The notes: generated by a model not told the origin, from the sequence alone. Shown: positions 27,201 to 39,304, counted from the stretch's first letter. The stretch is DNA of 64,000 bases from Phoronis australis (GCA_002633005.1 NMRA01000350.1:317642-381641), one strand, 5' to 3'. Translations and numbers: made by a program.

Positions 27201-28017
27201 TAATAGGCAACAGCCCGTTAGCGAGTGGCTAACAGAGGCACATATGATTCACCAGAAGGACGTTTCTCAACATTCCCCCCTTTCCTATGAACAAGAGCGC
27301 CACCTCTGGCTGGCAGCTGGGTAAAAACAAAGGATTCTACTGGAACATCACAGGATTTTACTCCTGGACTATGTCACAAGACTTTACTCTTGGATTTGTA
27401 CCTCACCAGGATAGCCACCTGACATATGAACCCCAAGATTGTCTCGCATTAGGTCCTCGACTCCTGGTCTAGGCTCACCGGCCATCAAGCGTGCTGTCTG
27501 AGGTCCAAGGGTCCGTGCAGTGCTTCATTGGTATATCATCCGTTTGCCGACTAGGCCAATTGTCTTAATAGCCGAGATTACCTGACCTCAGGAATCAAAC
27601 CAGCGACCGCCATTTATTCAGTGAACGTGCTAACCTTTCAGCTAATAAGCAACTGCCGCTAGCAAGTACCTAACACTCCTAACAGAGGCTCATAGATGAT
27701 TCACCAGAAGCACGTTTCACAACACTACGGTATGGTAGACCTTACTGTAATCAAGTGCAAGTAGCAACACCTGATTGACTTCGCCGGTTCCATCAATATT
27801 GGAACTGGCGATCAATCAAAACAAATATTATGAATACTAGCCAATGGCAATGTGACTCACTGTGACTGGACCAAAGGCAAAACTCAAGCAATAATTAGCA
27901 ATATGCACTGTCTGGCACACAGACCCCGACTATTCACAAATTCCACTGGAATCTTACAGCAAGATGGAAATCCAAATGTTCGTTAGCAAAGTGCAAGACG
28001 TATCTTCTACACGACAT
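15240..28017 (-). CDS. TRMT11: tRNA (guanine(10)-N2)-methyltransferase, 455 aa, 14 exons
   Basis: Exons 28017-27958, 26654-26577, 25972-25899, 25653-25572, 24479-24387, 23802-23665, 22895-22835, 21311-21216, 20701-20621, 19553-19386, 19039-18973, 18356-18225, 16712-16589, 15353-15240; 1368 nt in frame. Motifs RHFIGNTSM, SAM-binding DPFVGTGSLL, DENIRANLRDYG, catalytic ITDPPYGIRE, GRLVYWLPV, SRRLITMEK. Confidence 0.96.
17046..17992. repeat. ~275-bp near-identical duplication (17046-17317 and 17715-17992) flanking an N; probable haplotype overlap at a contig junction
   Basis: The second copy starts immediately after the n at 17714 and differs by a few SNPs and a small indel. Confidence 0.8.
21690..22070 (-). 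mobile_element. Decayed tyrosine-recombinase (Crypton/DUF3504-like) fragment in TRMT11 intron 7
   Basis: Minus-strand peptides QFWLSIK..CNKITGLTKSMMLKVGLKAHS and, after a frameshift, QQLTRH..LNS resemble the Crypton YR C-terminus (G.N.I...MK.M...AGL..NHS..Q.TGH..SL..Y). Similarity is from recall only. Confidence 0.45.
25024..25282. mobile_element. hAT-like MITE
   Basis: TIRs CAGGGCTTGGAAT / ATTCCCAAGCCCTG; repeated subterminal aaaagaggaaa motifs; no clean TSD. Confidence 0.65.
27119..27724 (-). mobile_element. Non-autonomous miniature LTR retrotransposon (TRIM-type element) with tRNA-derived LTRs
   Basis: LTRs 27724-27561 and 27272-27119, both TGT...ACA on the minus strand. PBS TGGCCTAGTCGGCA 2 nt after the 5' LTR; PPT AGGAAAGGGGGGAA abutting the 3' LTR; near-TSD gtac/ctac. 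Each LTR holds A-box/B-box tRNA-like sequence. Confidence 0.85.
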
Positions 28018-28371
28018 GTTGGAGCACAGAAGTTGTGATCAACACTTTGCGGCTGACTATACCATGAAATTTTGACTTGGTTGGTCAAGCAATTTACACA
28101 TGTCCAAATTTACACGCTAGATGTCACTTATCAAAAGCGACCTTGACCTTTTGTTATAAGTCGGTCGATACTCCTTGGTCGTAACAATTTCTTTTTCTAG
28201 CATTTTTATGGAATTATTGGCTCTCTGATACCATTATTGCTAGCAAGCGAGCACGCGAGCCGTTCATCTGCATCAACTATTCTCAAAAACTCGCAATATA
28301 CTTTAAATAAAACAAACTTTACGACACTGACATCTGCCGACTATCTTGTAAACGTATTTTTATAAACAACA
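28018..28371. promoter_or_regulatory. Probable bidirectional promoter TRMT11/PSMF1
   Basis: 354 bp between divergent start codons, locally CpG-enriched (e.g. agcgagcacgcgagcc at ~28246). Confidence 0.6.
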
Positions 28372-31300
28372 ATGGCCGCCGTGGGGCTGGAATTGTTATT
28401 TTCTAGCGTGCAAAACCAAATAAAATCCCAACACGATGCATTGATGTGCTGTTTACATTGGCACATGTTAAATAATGGATTCAAGGTTCTTTCTATCGGT
28501 GAGACGGTGAGTGGTAAGACCTATTGTAGTAACATAAACGCAGTTTTAACTGAGTCGGCAAAATAAACTTCCAAGAAACTTCAATTTTGCCGACTCACAT
28601 GATATTAGTAACTGCAATTATTTTTTATAACAATGGAAATCGCACGATTTGCTTTTATTGTTGTTGGTTTTGAAAAGAAATGTACGAAACTCGGCTTGGC
28701 TGTCATGTGTTGGAATTCCAAAATCTACAAGTACAGGGATCGACGTTATGGAAATCGCCAGGTCTCATTTAGCGACAAGGCCAGGCAAAATCCTAGGTCG
28801 CATTTTCAAAATCCAGCTTGCATTCATAAATTCCAGGTTTTAATAAAATTCCCGCCATTTTTACAGACCCAAATTGACTTTTAGGTCATCAGAAAATGCT
28901 TAGATTATGTTCTTGCGACGTTAAACGTTAAATGCTCACAAATTTCATGTCGTAAAATTGTGTCCATACAGGCATATCATGGCATGCATGCTCCTCATTA
29001 CCGTTCTTCACTGGCGCCATCCAGTGAAAAACCCTGGATCGTAAGGCAGTTGCCGACGTGAAAGTTAAATTAGTGCGCTCTAACCGACACATGCATTCGA
29101 TTAGCTAAGTGTGCAACGTGAAAAAGGAGAAAATACTCATTAAAAAGTATCTCCGACTTTTCTAGGACTGACTTGCTTTATGAATGTCATCAAAGTGGTT
29201 AAAGATCCACAGATTGATAACTCTGAGTGCAAATTCCTTCCATTTGTTCGCAGGCCAAACTTTGCAACTTGGACGTTTTAAAAAACATCTTGTCGGAAGA
29301 AGTCCCTGAAACGTTGCCCTACTCGCTGAATGACTTATTGATACGCGGAAACAATTCACTGCAGATTTCACAACAAAAAGTGTGGGACTTATGCTGTTTA
29401 GCCTACGTAGTCCATTAGTTTTCCATGAAATAAAAAGCCTCAAAATGATTTCCGACAGTGCGGGTTTCTGCTATTCTGCCGAAAGCGTTTATACACATGC
29501 CTGTCTTTTGGCAATGAATTCGGATGTCATTTTCATGTTTGCTGTCTTTCGCGATTAAAAAACGAGACGCATTTTTCCAAGTCATGACGATCGACTGCCG
29601 AGACCGCTTTCCGGTTTTAACAGTGGAACCGACCAGTGCCGCAGTGCAATCAGGCATATTGCCGTGGGTGTTGCCGTACTTTGATATTAAGGACACCTTA
29701 CATGTAAGAATTAGTAGAAACACCGCTGCTTTCTGATGTTTTATCACGTGTTATTCCGAGCTCCGAATCTTTCTTCGGCACATCCAGAAATTTGCAAAAA
29801 GCTGAAAGTATTGGTCATTAAAATGCGCCAAAGACCAATTCTGCATTCCCCTGTTCATGCAACATTTTTACAAGTCATCGGGAGCACTGTTCTCAATGAG
29901 TGTTCTTTTGAACTTGATTTGGCAACAACCAAATAACGGTCGGAATCACCCGTTTTGCTTACCATTTCCCAGGTATCTGCCATGAAGTTTAAAAACTCAG
30001 CTCGTATACGTTGGAAATTCCAGGTCGCATTTTGTGACTGAATGCGAGCTGGCCAAAATCTCAGCTCGCATTTCCAAATTTCAGGTCGCAAATGCGACCT
30101 GCAGCTCGTCATGTCGAGCCCTGAAATAGGACTTATTCTGTTGGTTTGTGTCCAAAAAAACACGTAGGTTGAACAACCCTTTTACTTTCAGCTGAGTATT
30201 GGCTGCTGTGGCGGCAGCTATATCAAAATGTGTATGAAAACCTCATCAAGACTGCTGTTTGAATGTGAAATATACTGTTCGTATGTTTTTCAATGTTTTT
30301 AAAAATGAATTACAATATGTGAAGAACACTCGTCTATTGCACAGCTGCAAAGTTTTCAGTGAGATTTTACATGAGAAATGTTAATGCACCAATGATGCGC
30401 AACACTAATTCGCTTTCAAGGTGACTTTTAAAACTTTTGCAAATTGCTTTTGCCTTTTACCAAAGTGGTTTTCACTGCGGTCTTTTCTATTTTAGGTTCC
30501 GGATGATGTTCAAACTTGCAAGGGATCAGAAATACTTCCATCAGGCTGGAATGAGAGTCAAGATGTGTACAATTTGATTTACAGAGACAACAAAAGTGAA
30601 TGTTACCTGCTCAAGTGCTTGAAAATGGATATGATCTTACTCGTCCATATCATGGTAAATGCACGAAACATCTATGGCGGTGCTGTTGCATTGGTTACAC
30701 ATTCTTAAATCATTCCGCTGCGCCAATTTAGTTCATGTTTTGAAAACTACTAAACTTGGCTTGCACTGTCAGAAAGGGGTTTACCTGTTTTCAGCAGCAA
30801 CTGCATTTTGCTATGTCTCCCATGTTATTTTGAAGTTTGTTGGAACATAATTCTGTAAAATAGTTACAAAAATTACTACTGTAGCCCTCTTTGAAAGTCT
30901 TTTTTGACTTGAAAATTCTATATTTTGTCCATGGTTTTGATAGTGACAAGGCAGTGGTGCACAATTCTGGATGTTGAGAAGACGTTTACATTTCAGAGGT
31001 TCTCTGATGAGAAAGTATGCAACCTTTCTTTGGAGGTAGAAAACTTTGTATCTTCCCAGATTACATCATTTGACAGGTAAGTGCAACAAATTGTTAGACT
31101 AGTCATATTCTGGAGCATGTCACCATTGAGCTGTTTGAGTAGATAAAGTGAAAGTCCTCTGTATAGTGAGTGCCAACATTTACTGGACTTCTCTACTGGT
31201 AACTATATGGATGCAGATCCTTACCTTGAAGATGACACTCATAGCCTAGAGCTGTCTTGAGAGATATTTGCCAGCAAAAGATTTAGCCAGTGTAATCATG

Positions 31301-34300
31301 ATTGGTTAAGCTGTTGACTAATCCTGAGTAGATCTATTGCTTGACATTGCATTGGGTGATCATCTGATATCTCCACCAGGTGTCAGGCTAACTCGAGTGA
31401 GCACTTATAAGCTCTTTGTGGTGAAATTATCTGTATTAAGTTGTTAATAATGGGCTGATTACAACAAGAGTAATCTCAGTTCAGCCATCATAACTCGGTC
31501 AACCACAGCGACATCTGCTGGGAATCTAAGAAGCTAATCACTTAACTGAAACATGAAATTATTTTTCATTGAATCATTTAAGTAGTGTTTGGTGGATAGT
31601 TTGCGCCATTAGTACATGACTAGGATTGATGACTGGGTGAGTGTTGTCCCAAGTGCGGTCATTCATTTCTTGGCAATGTAGTCCATATTAATGTTAAATA
31701 ATATGAGAAAACTGAATGTGTAATGTTGTACAGTTGGAAGTTTCAAAATAAAATAAACTGAGTAAAAAATTGACAAAATTTTAACTCATAACACAGTTTC
31801 GCAATCATATATATTTCTTTCCATCTAGCATCTGTTTCAAGGCTGGCTAAATGTGTGACAAAATGTACTCCCAGGAGTAGCCCAACGCACTGTGTAAGGT
31901 CTTTCACAAATAAAATGTTGCGTTAAATGATAGGTGACACAGAGTAAGAAAATGCATAAGTTGACTACCGGTATAAGATCCATGAGAGTATGGCTTGCAG
32001 TTATGCTTCGGTCATGTGCCATTAACTATCATAACTTTGCTATTGCTATCCTTTGTAATTACAGTGCTTTTGTGAACCTGGAGCAGCTTGCCCGGCTGTT
32101 TCAAGTTGAAGTGACGGAAAAGTTATTTGCAACCAAGTCCGAAAAACAGACACACAATAAAAAGGTCAAGCAAGATGCAAACACCAGCAGGTCACATGAC
32201 CCTGATGATCCTCTAAGAGACAATCGAAGTCAACATAGACGACCAGTGGAACCTGGCTGGTTTGTATGCTCCTCTCGCATGTCTTTCATTAGAAGATGAT
32301 TGAGTGATGTCAGTCTTGAACAGGAATTCTGTATGTCTAATGAAAGCATTGCTATCTCCTTGTGTGCAGTGATGAGTTTGTGGTTGTCTATTCCCAATTC
32401 GTTGTTTAGAGCTAGTTATTTCGACTGGCTGCTGTATTCTGGTCATTATCAGGGTTAATTGGACATGTTATCAAATTTTACATGAGCTTGCTTTTATCAC
32501 AGTTCTACAAACTAATTCATACATGCAGTATTACTTAATAACTTATGTTGAGCTGATCAATTTTCCGCCTATTCCCAAACAATTTGCACAACTCACTCTA
32601 ACATTTTTATGACCTTCAAAGAAGCTGCACAATACTATTCTGGAAGCAAAACTTAGAACTTTGTACTGTCAAATTATCGGACTAATTAATGTAACCCCAA
32701 ACATGAACTACCTATCATGCTGATAGTGGCAGACCTAGCATTGTTTCTGAAATGTACGTTTTTTCAGGGATAGCAGCAATGATCCATTTTCCTTGGGAAG
32801 ACGAGACCTTGACCCTTTGGCAGCTGGAAGAGGAATTGGGGGCGGGATGGTGATGGACCCATTTCATGGTGGTTTTCCCGGTGGTCCGGGTGGATTCGAT
32901 CCCAGTTCTGGTCTTCCAGGTCCAAGGCTGCCAAGGTAAATGACATCTTTTGGGAAAATGGAAATTAACTCAATGTTGCAATTCAGAATGAAGAAAACTT
33001 GTTTGGAACTGGAAATGAATTATTTTAAGAAGGTTGTGTTTTACTATTTGCAAGCATTGCCTGACAACGATAGCATTCTGGCTAGTGACTGCTTCTGTTA
33101 GTAAATGAAAAATGGAAAAAATTCCAGTTTAACACTTGAATTCAGCTGGTGACTTTGGGTGAAAGTATCTTTTTGTGACACTTCAAGATACACCTACAGA
33201 ACTTTTGCTTACATTATGAACTCAAAGAATGCCTTTGTGTTTTAAATAGACTTTCTTACACTTTGTAAGTTTTTGTGGCTTTTACGCTGTGCCCCAGAGG
33301 AGTGTTACTCCACCATCTTGATTACTGTGGCTTTTCGTTGATTGTCAGTTCTAATCAAGTAAAATACGGTCATATTCTGGCTCAAAATTGTGAACTCTCT
33401 TTCCGTCAACTGTTTTCTACCATCAAACATTTAAGTCGTGCCTGCATGCCATCTGTTAGCCACATCTCGTGACCTAAGGAATATAAGTCTGAAAAGATTT
33501 CTGCCCCGACTGGCACTCGAAGCCAGGACCTTCTGCTAACCGTGCAGACACTCTAGGCACTGAGCCATCGGGACCACTGGTCAAACAAAGAAATCCTATC
33601 AGACTTAGTAAGTGGGCATCTTACCCTCGATCTAGTATATATGAACATGCCAATCTCAATATGGGATGGAAATATGAAGTTAAGATATTCACTAAATCGA
33701 TGTAACTGGGGAGCCACCTCCACTGGATTGGTTTCAAATTCGCTTAATTTGTTTAGTTTGTATGCTTCAAGCGATTCTTACTATTCGTTTCAGAGGAGCA
33801 GTCCCACCAGGAGCCCGATTTGACCCCTTTGGACCGCCTGATCCTGATTCGCCGTTTGGCAGGCCTCGGCCACCCCGGTCAGGGTACGTTTGAGTAGTGT
33901 TTAGTTATATGTTACGACACAAGTCACCCTCCTATTGTTTAGTATAAGGCTCCACAACCTTGCGGAGTTGCTCTGAATTATAGAAATCAAGTTTGAGATG
34001 TATACAAACACCTTGTGCACTGAGAAATAGAAAAGTTAGTAATGCGTTTGCTTAAAATAACACCTATGACCTTTGACCTTTACCCTAAAACAATACAGTG
34101 GTGGATAGGTAGAAGCATTAAATCTGACCTTATTTTAAAAATCTTACAATTTCTCCTGACAAACAATAGACATGATTCGTCTTAGTAATCTGTTCATGGC
34201 CCTATATGATGGTTATGCTAGATGGTATTGGCCCTATATAACAGTTATGTCTGATGGTATACCTGCCCAGCAGAGCTTTTTGCAAACGCGAGACATTTGA

Positions 34301-35706
34301 ATTGAGAAATCTTTGCCTGTCGCTATGCTAGGTCCCAAGCATACTCTTGAAACATTCGTCTTTCACTGACACATGATTTTACGTGCACTTGTGTGGTTTG
34401 GCTTTATTGCGAGTGGTTAAATCTGATGATTACACCCTGGATGGGCATGGCATGGGGTGGTACATATCATTTCCCAGCGGATGACATTGAATGCTTCTTG
34501 CTGGTCCGGATTTAAGTAGCCAGTTGCTCTTAGCTCCTGGCATGCCGCGCTCCTCTATTCAAACGTCACGGAATTCTTTAGAGGTATAATAATGTGTTTA
34601 CTCAGACAAGTCCTCTATTGTGCAATGGTGTCCACTGGTCATGTCACGCCATGCAGTTCGCACCATACTGTTTGGGAACAGCAGCTGCAGTGGACATCAT
34701 TTCTCTTATGCTGTTCACACAATTAGTGAAAAAGATCAATTTTCAATGACGAATTTGGTTTTTATAGTACGCAGTGTCTAAAATGGTCAGGTATATGTTT
34801 CGGTGAACTACCAGCGGTTACCGCTGAAAGTCGTCTCTGTTCTCTTATCCCCAAACAAAAGAAGCCTATCATAAAAGTTCTGGCGTTGTAGTGACTAATG
34901 TAATCCCAATGAGTGAGAAACATAGTTGCTGGTTGGGAAATGAGATGCAGTCGTGCCTCTTGCGACTTGTTTTGTTTGGTGATTAAGGAACATGGAGGAC
35001 GTGAGTGATAGCACTCACGTCTTCAGGCAAACAAAATATTTACAGGCAGAGCAGCTACTAAAAGTTGAGCCATTTTAATTTAGTTTTTGAATGACTAAAT
35101 ATGCTAACCAGAACAAAGTAGAATAAAAGGCATGTATTGCTACTGCTGTGCTTTTGTCGAGTTGTCACAGTACTTTCTCTTCAGGTTTGGTGAGTCATAT
35201 GATAGGTTGTCTAAACTTGTGTACTTAAACCCCTTAGTCTGCCTCATTAATTCTCTCCACAATAACAGTTTTTTATGGGGGAGCACCTAATACAAAACTC
35301 CTGTTTCTAATTGGATTGTTTGTTGGTCTTGCGCAGTTGTTCCCAAATGACCTCAGTTCGTAGGTTTGTTAAATATAAACCTAAGGTTTGTATGTAAATG
35401 GACAGTATTCAGTTTCAAAGGATACCAAACCGGGTTGAAACTCATATGCTTAACCAGCGGGTTGGTATACGACTGCAATTATCACATCCGATACACATTC
35501 AGCCAAGCCCATGAATAGTGACTATCTCTCTTCAATCCATGGTGAAGAATTCGCTGGATACTCTGGGGTAAACTTTGCTCACTTTCTCTTCCACCTGCGT
35601 GTAAGTCCTGTTAGAATAGGAATTTCATTAATGTTACGTTTTTGTGTATTTCAGGCCTGATCCAGACCACATGCGACCTCCAGGTTATGACGATATGTTC
35701 ATGTAA
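28372..35706 (+). CDS. PSMF1: Proteasome inhibitor PI31, 292 aa, 7 exons
   Basis: Exons 28372-28506, 30496-30654, 30997-31076, 32065-32259, 32768-32935, 33794-33883, 35655-35706; 879 nt. N-terminal FP domain (GLELLF..DALMCCLHWHML..SEILPSGWN), Pro/Gly-rich tail with GRRDLDP and PRGAVPPGARFDPFGPP, C-terminus PDPDHMRPPGYDDMFM. Confidence 0.95.
28734..30123. mobile_element. ~1.4-kb hAT-like non-autonomous DNA transposon in PSMF1 intron 1
   Basis: TIRs CAGGGATCGAC / GTCGAGCCCTG; subterminal aggtcgcattt repeats at both ends; the interior looks like decayed coding sequence; no TSD match. Confidence 0.6.
33452..33647 (-). mobile_element. tRNA-derived element (solo LTR-like or SINE) in PSMF1 intron 5
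   Basis: Minus strand 33574-33503 reads GTCCCGATGGCTCAGTGCCTAGAGTGTCTGCACGGTTAGCAGAAGGTCCTGGCTTCGAGTGCCAGTCGGGGC (degenerate cloverleaf with A and B boxes). It lies inside a TGTT...AACA segment, with catgcca repeated on both flanks. Confidence 0.6.
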
Positions 35707-38661
35707 TGAATTCAACCATGCAGCCATAATGTCTGTATGATATGTAGAGAAAGGCCAACATAAATGATATTCATGCTTCAATAATTTGCCAGTTAATTCG
35801 AATTGAAATCATATTGTTACGCGATCTTTCATTGTGGGGATTTGCTTGACATGCTCCACTCTATAGTGATGATCTTCCTTACACTGTAGTTCACATCCTC
35901 CTGATAACAATCATCAAGTTAAGTACCTTGTCAGGCAATGTTGTCCTTATTTTGGTATTTTACTGAAATACTGCATATTTCACCCCATTCCTGGAACCTT
36001 TGATTCCTATGTTCTGACAACCAGTGTTAATGTCAGTTACGTGGTGGACAGAAGTAGTTCATCAAAGTGGGGGACACCTGTAAGTGACTAAGTGACTATA
36101 ACCCTTCTTGAGATGTCTCTCTCTCTCCCCCCCCCCCTTCCGATATCGTTTTATTCTAATAAATAACTCTGTTACCAGTTGACCAAAATATGCTCACCCT
36201 GTTGTGATGTCATCACATCCAAGCTCAGAATGAAACCTGGAGTGTGTTTTCCCATCTCAAGATTGTTGTATTTGTCAATTCTTACCTATGGTTCAGTGTT
36301 GTACCCCAGCACTGGAACTTTTAAGTTTATCAAAAATTTAACCTAGTCTGTGATCAAATCACTCCAATGCTCCAATGACTCTGCAACACATTTCAGTAAC
36401 TCTACAGGTTAAGCGCTATATCACTTGACACAATGGGAAGTACCAATGGTTATTAGTAGTTGGTGTAACAATGGCTACTTACCACAGCGCCTGGACGCTG
36501 GGATTAGGAAGCACACATACTGTTACGTACGTACATGTAGTTGTTGGCCATAATTTCTGCCTGTGTTTGGGACAACATTCTGTCGCGTTCATTTTAGACT
36601 CTGCCACCTCTAAAAACTAAATCCATAAGACTAAATGAAAACTGTACTTTTTGATTACTTCAGTGATCGTCAAAAATCGGCTAACTAGGCCCTACAACAG
36701 AGTTAAGAAAAACAACACACTTTGAAACTATAGTTCTGGCTCTGATAGGTCCCAACCTACATTGTGTAACCTGACTGAGCAACACAATGGGGGGTCGACT
36801 TTAGTTGTGAAAACCACTGCACCACAAACTAGAGGGCTGATCTTTTACTGAGATATGCAAATTCTGTGAAAATTGAATGGGAAACCGTACCATGGTGGGA
36901 GTGACACAGTAGACACTCAGTACTGAATCGTGTCAGTTATTGATTGTTGCACTAATACTGTTTGTTCAGAATAAACTGACTTTCACATACCACTGCAGTA
37001 TTTGTTTAGTATCAATTCAGACTCAAAGATACAAACTAATTTGCGTTTAATTGCCACCGGCCAACTTCTGCAATACCGTTAACACCTAAGTGACTTGCTG
37101 GCTACATTAGTGTGGAATCAAATCAGTGTCGTATAATTATAATGTAGTTCATGAAACAATTGCGTGCGCCGGCCCTTTTTTGTAGAAAACGAGTTGGCTT
37201 GAAATAAGGATGCGGCGTCATATTTTAACAGATTACCTAACTTAAAGTTTTTAGTAAGCTTTTATTGGTTTTCTAGTTATAAGCGTTCTCAGCTATACCA
37301 GTTTCGTTTGTAGATGAAACAAAATTATTTTTGTTGGTTCCTCTCTGTCCGACCACAAAACAATCATGGTTGGTTGATCCCTACTCGACTCAGATTTATT
37401 ACCTAGCTAGAGCGGAGTGTTGAATAACGCTTTCCTGAGTGCAGTGTTTGAAAGAACGTAAACGTTAAAAGTAGTAACTTAATTGTAATTGTGCGAACAA
37501 ACTAAGAAGTTTTTCTTTTCGAGAACTCTGGGTTCTCACTAGTAACTCATCCAAAAATTAATATCGAATACTATCCCGTCGTCTTCATGTGCTGCGACAT
37601 GCCGATTAAACGAAAACGCGACGTAGCGCGTTGAAGCTGACTTGATCCACTGCACGGCTCTGTTTGGAGCTGAAGTCGTTAAAAACACGTTTGGCATATC
37701 CACTACACTATACGGGAATGGTTGTACAGGGTATGTGCATATTTATTTCAAATCGATTTCGCATTGACAGTTAAAAATGTGCCGATTCCAGCACTCTACT
37801 TGTCTTCATTCAGAACCGCCAATAACTCGCAACCTGTCGAGTCTGTGTCTTGTCCTTGCCTTGAGCTACATGTACAGTTACTAGCCATCGACGGTACTGA
37901 TCACAACTTTTCCAACTTGCAGTTGCGCGACCACTTTCTGCAGACCGAGCGAAGTCACATTCAGCGTACGTAACTGCGGCGTTGGATATACCCAACTAAA
38001 GTATAAAGCAACCTCACATTGCTACGTATTTGCACGTCATAAAGCACATTATTTAAATCTTACGTCACATTTAGTCAATGTATAATGGCGTAATTCCTTA
38101 CCGTGTACGTTTTTGAAAACTTCAAAATGAACTGCTTGTGTTTGTTAATAGAGGACCGTAGCTGGGTAAGCCGTTCATATCAGTGTAGGGGTGTGCATGT
38201 GCTTGTAGTCGGTTGCGACCAGCATTGACTGTACCTGTACTTATTCGAGGCAAATGAACCTTTAATTAAATGTGTACAAAAAAGTCAAGGTATTAACTGT
38301 GCGACAAAATGAGTTCTAGGTGTCGGCCAGTGCCTCAGCCTCCCGGCAAGGTTAGCTAAGTAGCTACGGTAGTGTTTTGGGCCGGTGATAACGGGGTTGA
38401 ATATTTACCGGAAACATACCGGGTCTGCACTGACTTTACACCATGCCAGAGTCACTTGTGCATACCACTTTGCTGCGTCTTGTGAACTGCTTCTATTTGA
38501 AAATTTCGAGTGAGTGACTTGGGTGCTATGAGACAGAAAACGACTTAAGCTCTCTGTGACGATTAGCCGACCGCCCCGGAAGTACTATAAAGTACACGAA
38601 GGGATCAAATACATACCGTTCGAGGCTGGATATTCGCTGTCAAATTCCATTTGAAAAAATG

Positions 38662-38738
38662 CAGGCCCGAAGCTAGGCGAGGGGGGGGGGTTTGATCGAA
38701 CCCTCCCCCCACTCCGCGGAAAAGGTCCAGCCCCTGCC
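38662..38738. mobile_element. Short GC-rich MITE-like element
   Basis: caggcccgaagctagg..ggggggtttgatcgaaccctccccc..cccctg with an internal hairpin and CAGG/CCTG termini. Confidence 0.45.
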
Positions 38739-39023
38739 TATCCAGTAGAGATAGGATATCACTGAGATGGACAACACTGACAAAAATAACAACAACAACA
38801 ACAACAAAATTGTTGCAGCTACTGGTAATATAATGATATTTGCTTCTGATTGGCAAAGCGCTTTGCTTAATAATCGGGCCCTACCCAGCCCCAGGGTCCA
38901 ACTTTGCCCGAGTGGCCTGTTCTTGCGCAGATGACGGGATCGTGCAGATGATCAGAAGAGGCTTCATGTCATTCATTGGCATTACACGTGCGTGGTTACT
39001 ACACGATTACCGTCGATATAAAT

Positions 39024-39304
39024 TATCGTTGGCCAAATGAGTGAACGCTACGCCGTTAAAATACGACGTGCGTAAGTTAATTCTTGTTAGAAACGTAAAG
39101 TAATTATTTACGCCGTAAAGTAATTATTACATTACGACGTAAAGTAAGTATTTGCGGCGCTAAAAGTTACTTTACACCGCAATGAATAATTATTGCTTTA
39201 TGCCACATATAATTTATTTATGCCGCACTTAGTTACCCTTGTAACAACAATTATGTTACGCACGTAATTTAACGGCGTAACGTTCACCCATTTGCCCAAC
39301 GATA
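39024..39304. mobile_element. MITE with long TIRs and TA flanks (Tc1/mariner-like)
   Basis: tatcgttggccaaatgagtgaacgctacgccgttaaa... pairs with ...tttaacggcgtaacgttcacccatttgcccaacgata over ~50 bp; internal tandem tacgccgtaaagtaattatt repeats. Confidence 0.8.

Noticed and set aside
33503-33574. Functional tRNA gene
   Set aside because: The D-loop lacks GG, the T arm is degenerate and the sequence is embedded in a larger element.
35864-35903. C/D snoRNA (GTGATGA...CTGA)
   Set aside because: Only ~40 nt, in the PSMF1 3' UTR, no recognisable rRNA guide.
37722-38000. Possible minus-strand exon (acceptor ~37996, donor ~37881)
   Set aside because: No recognisable protein and no partner exons could be chained.
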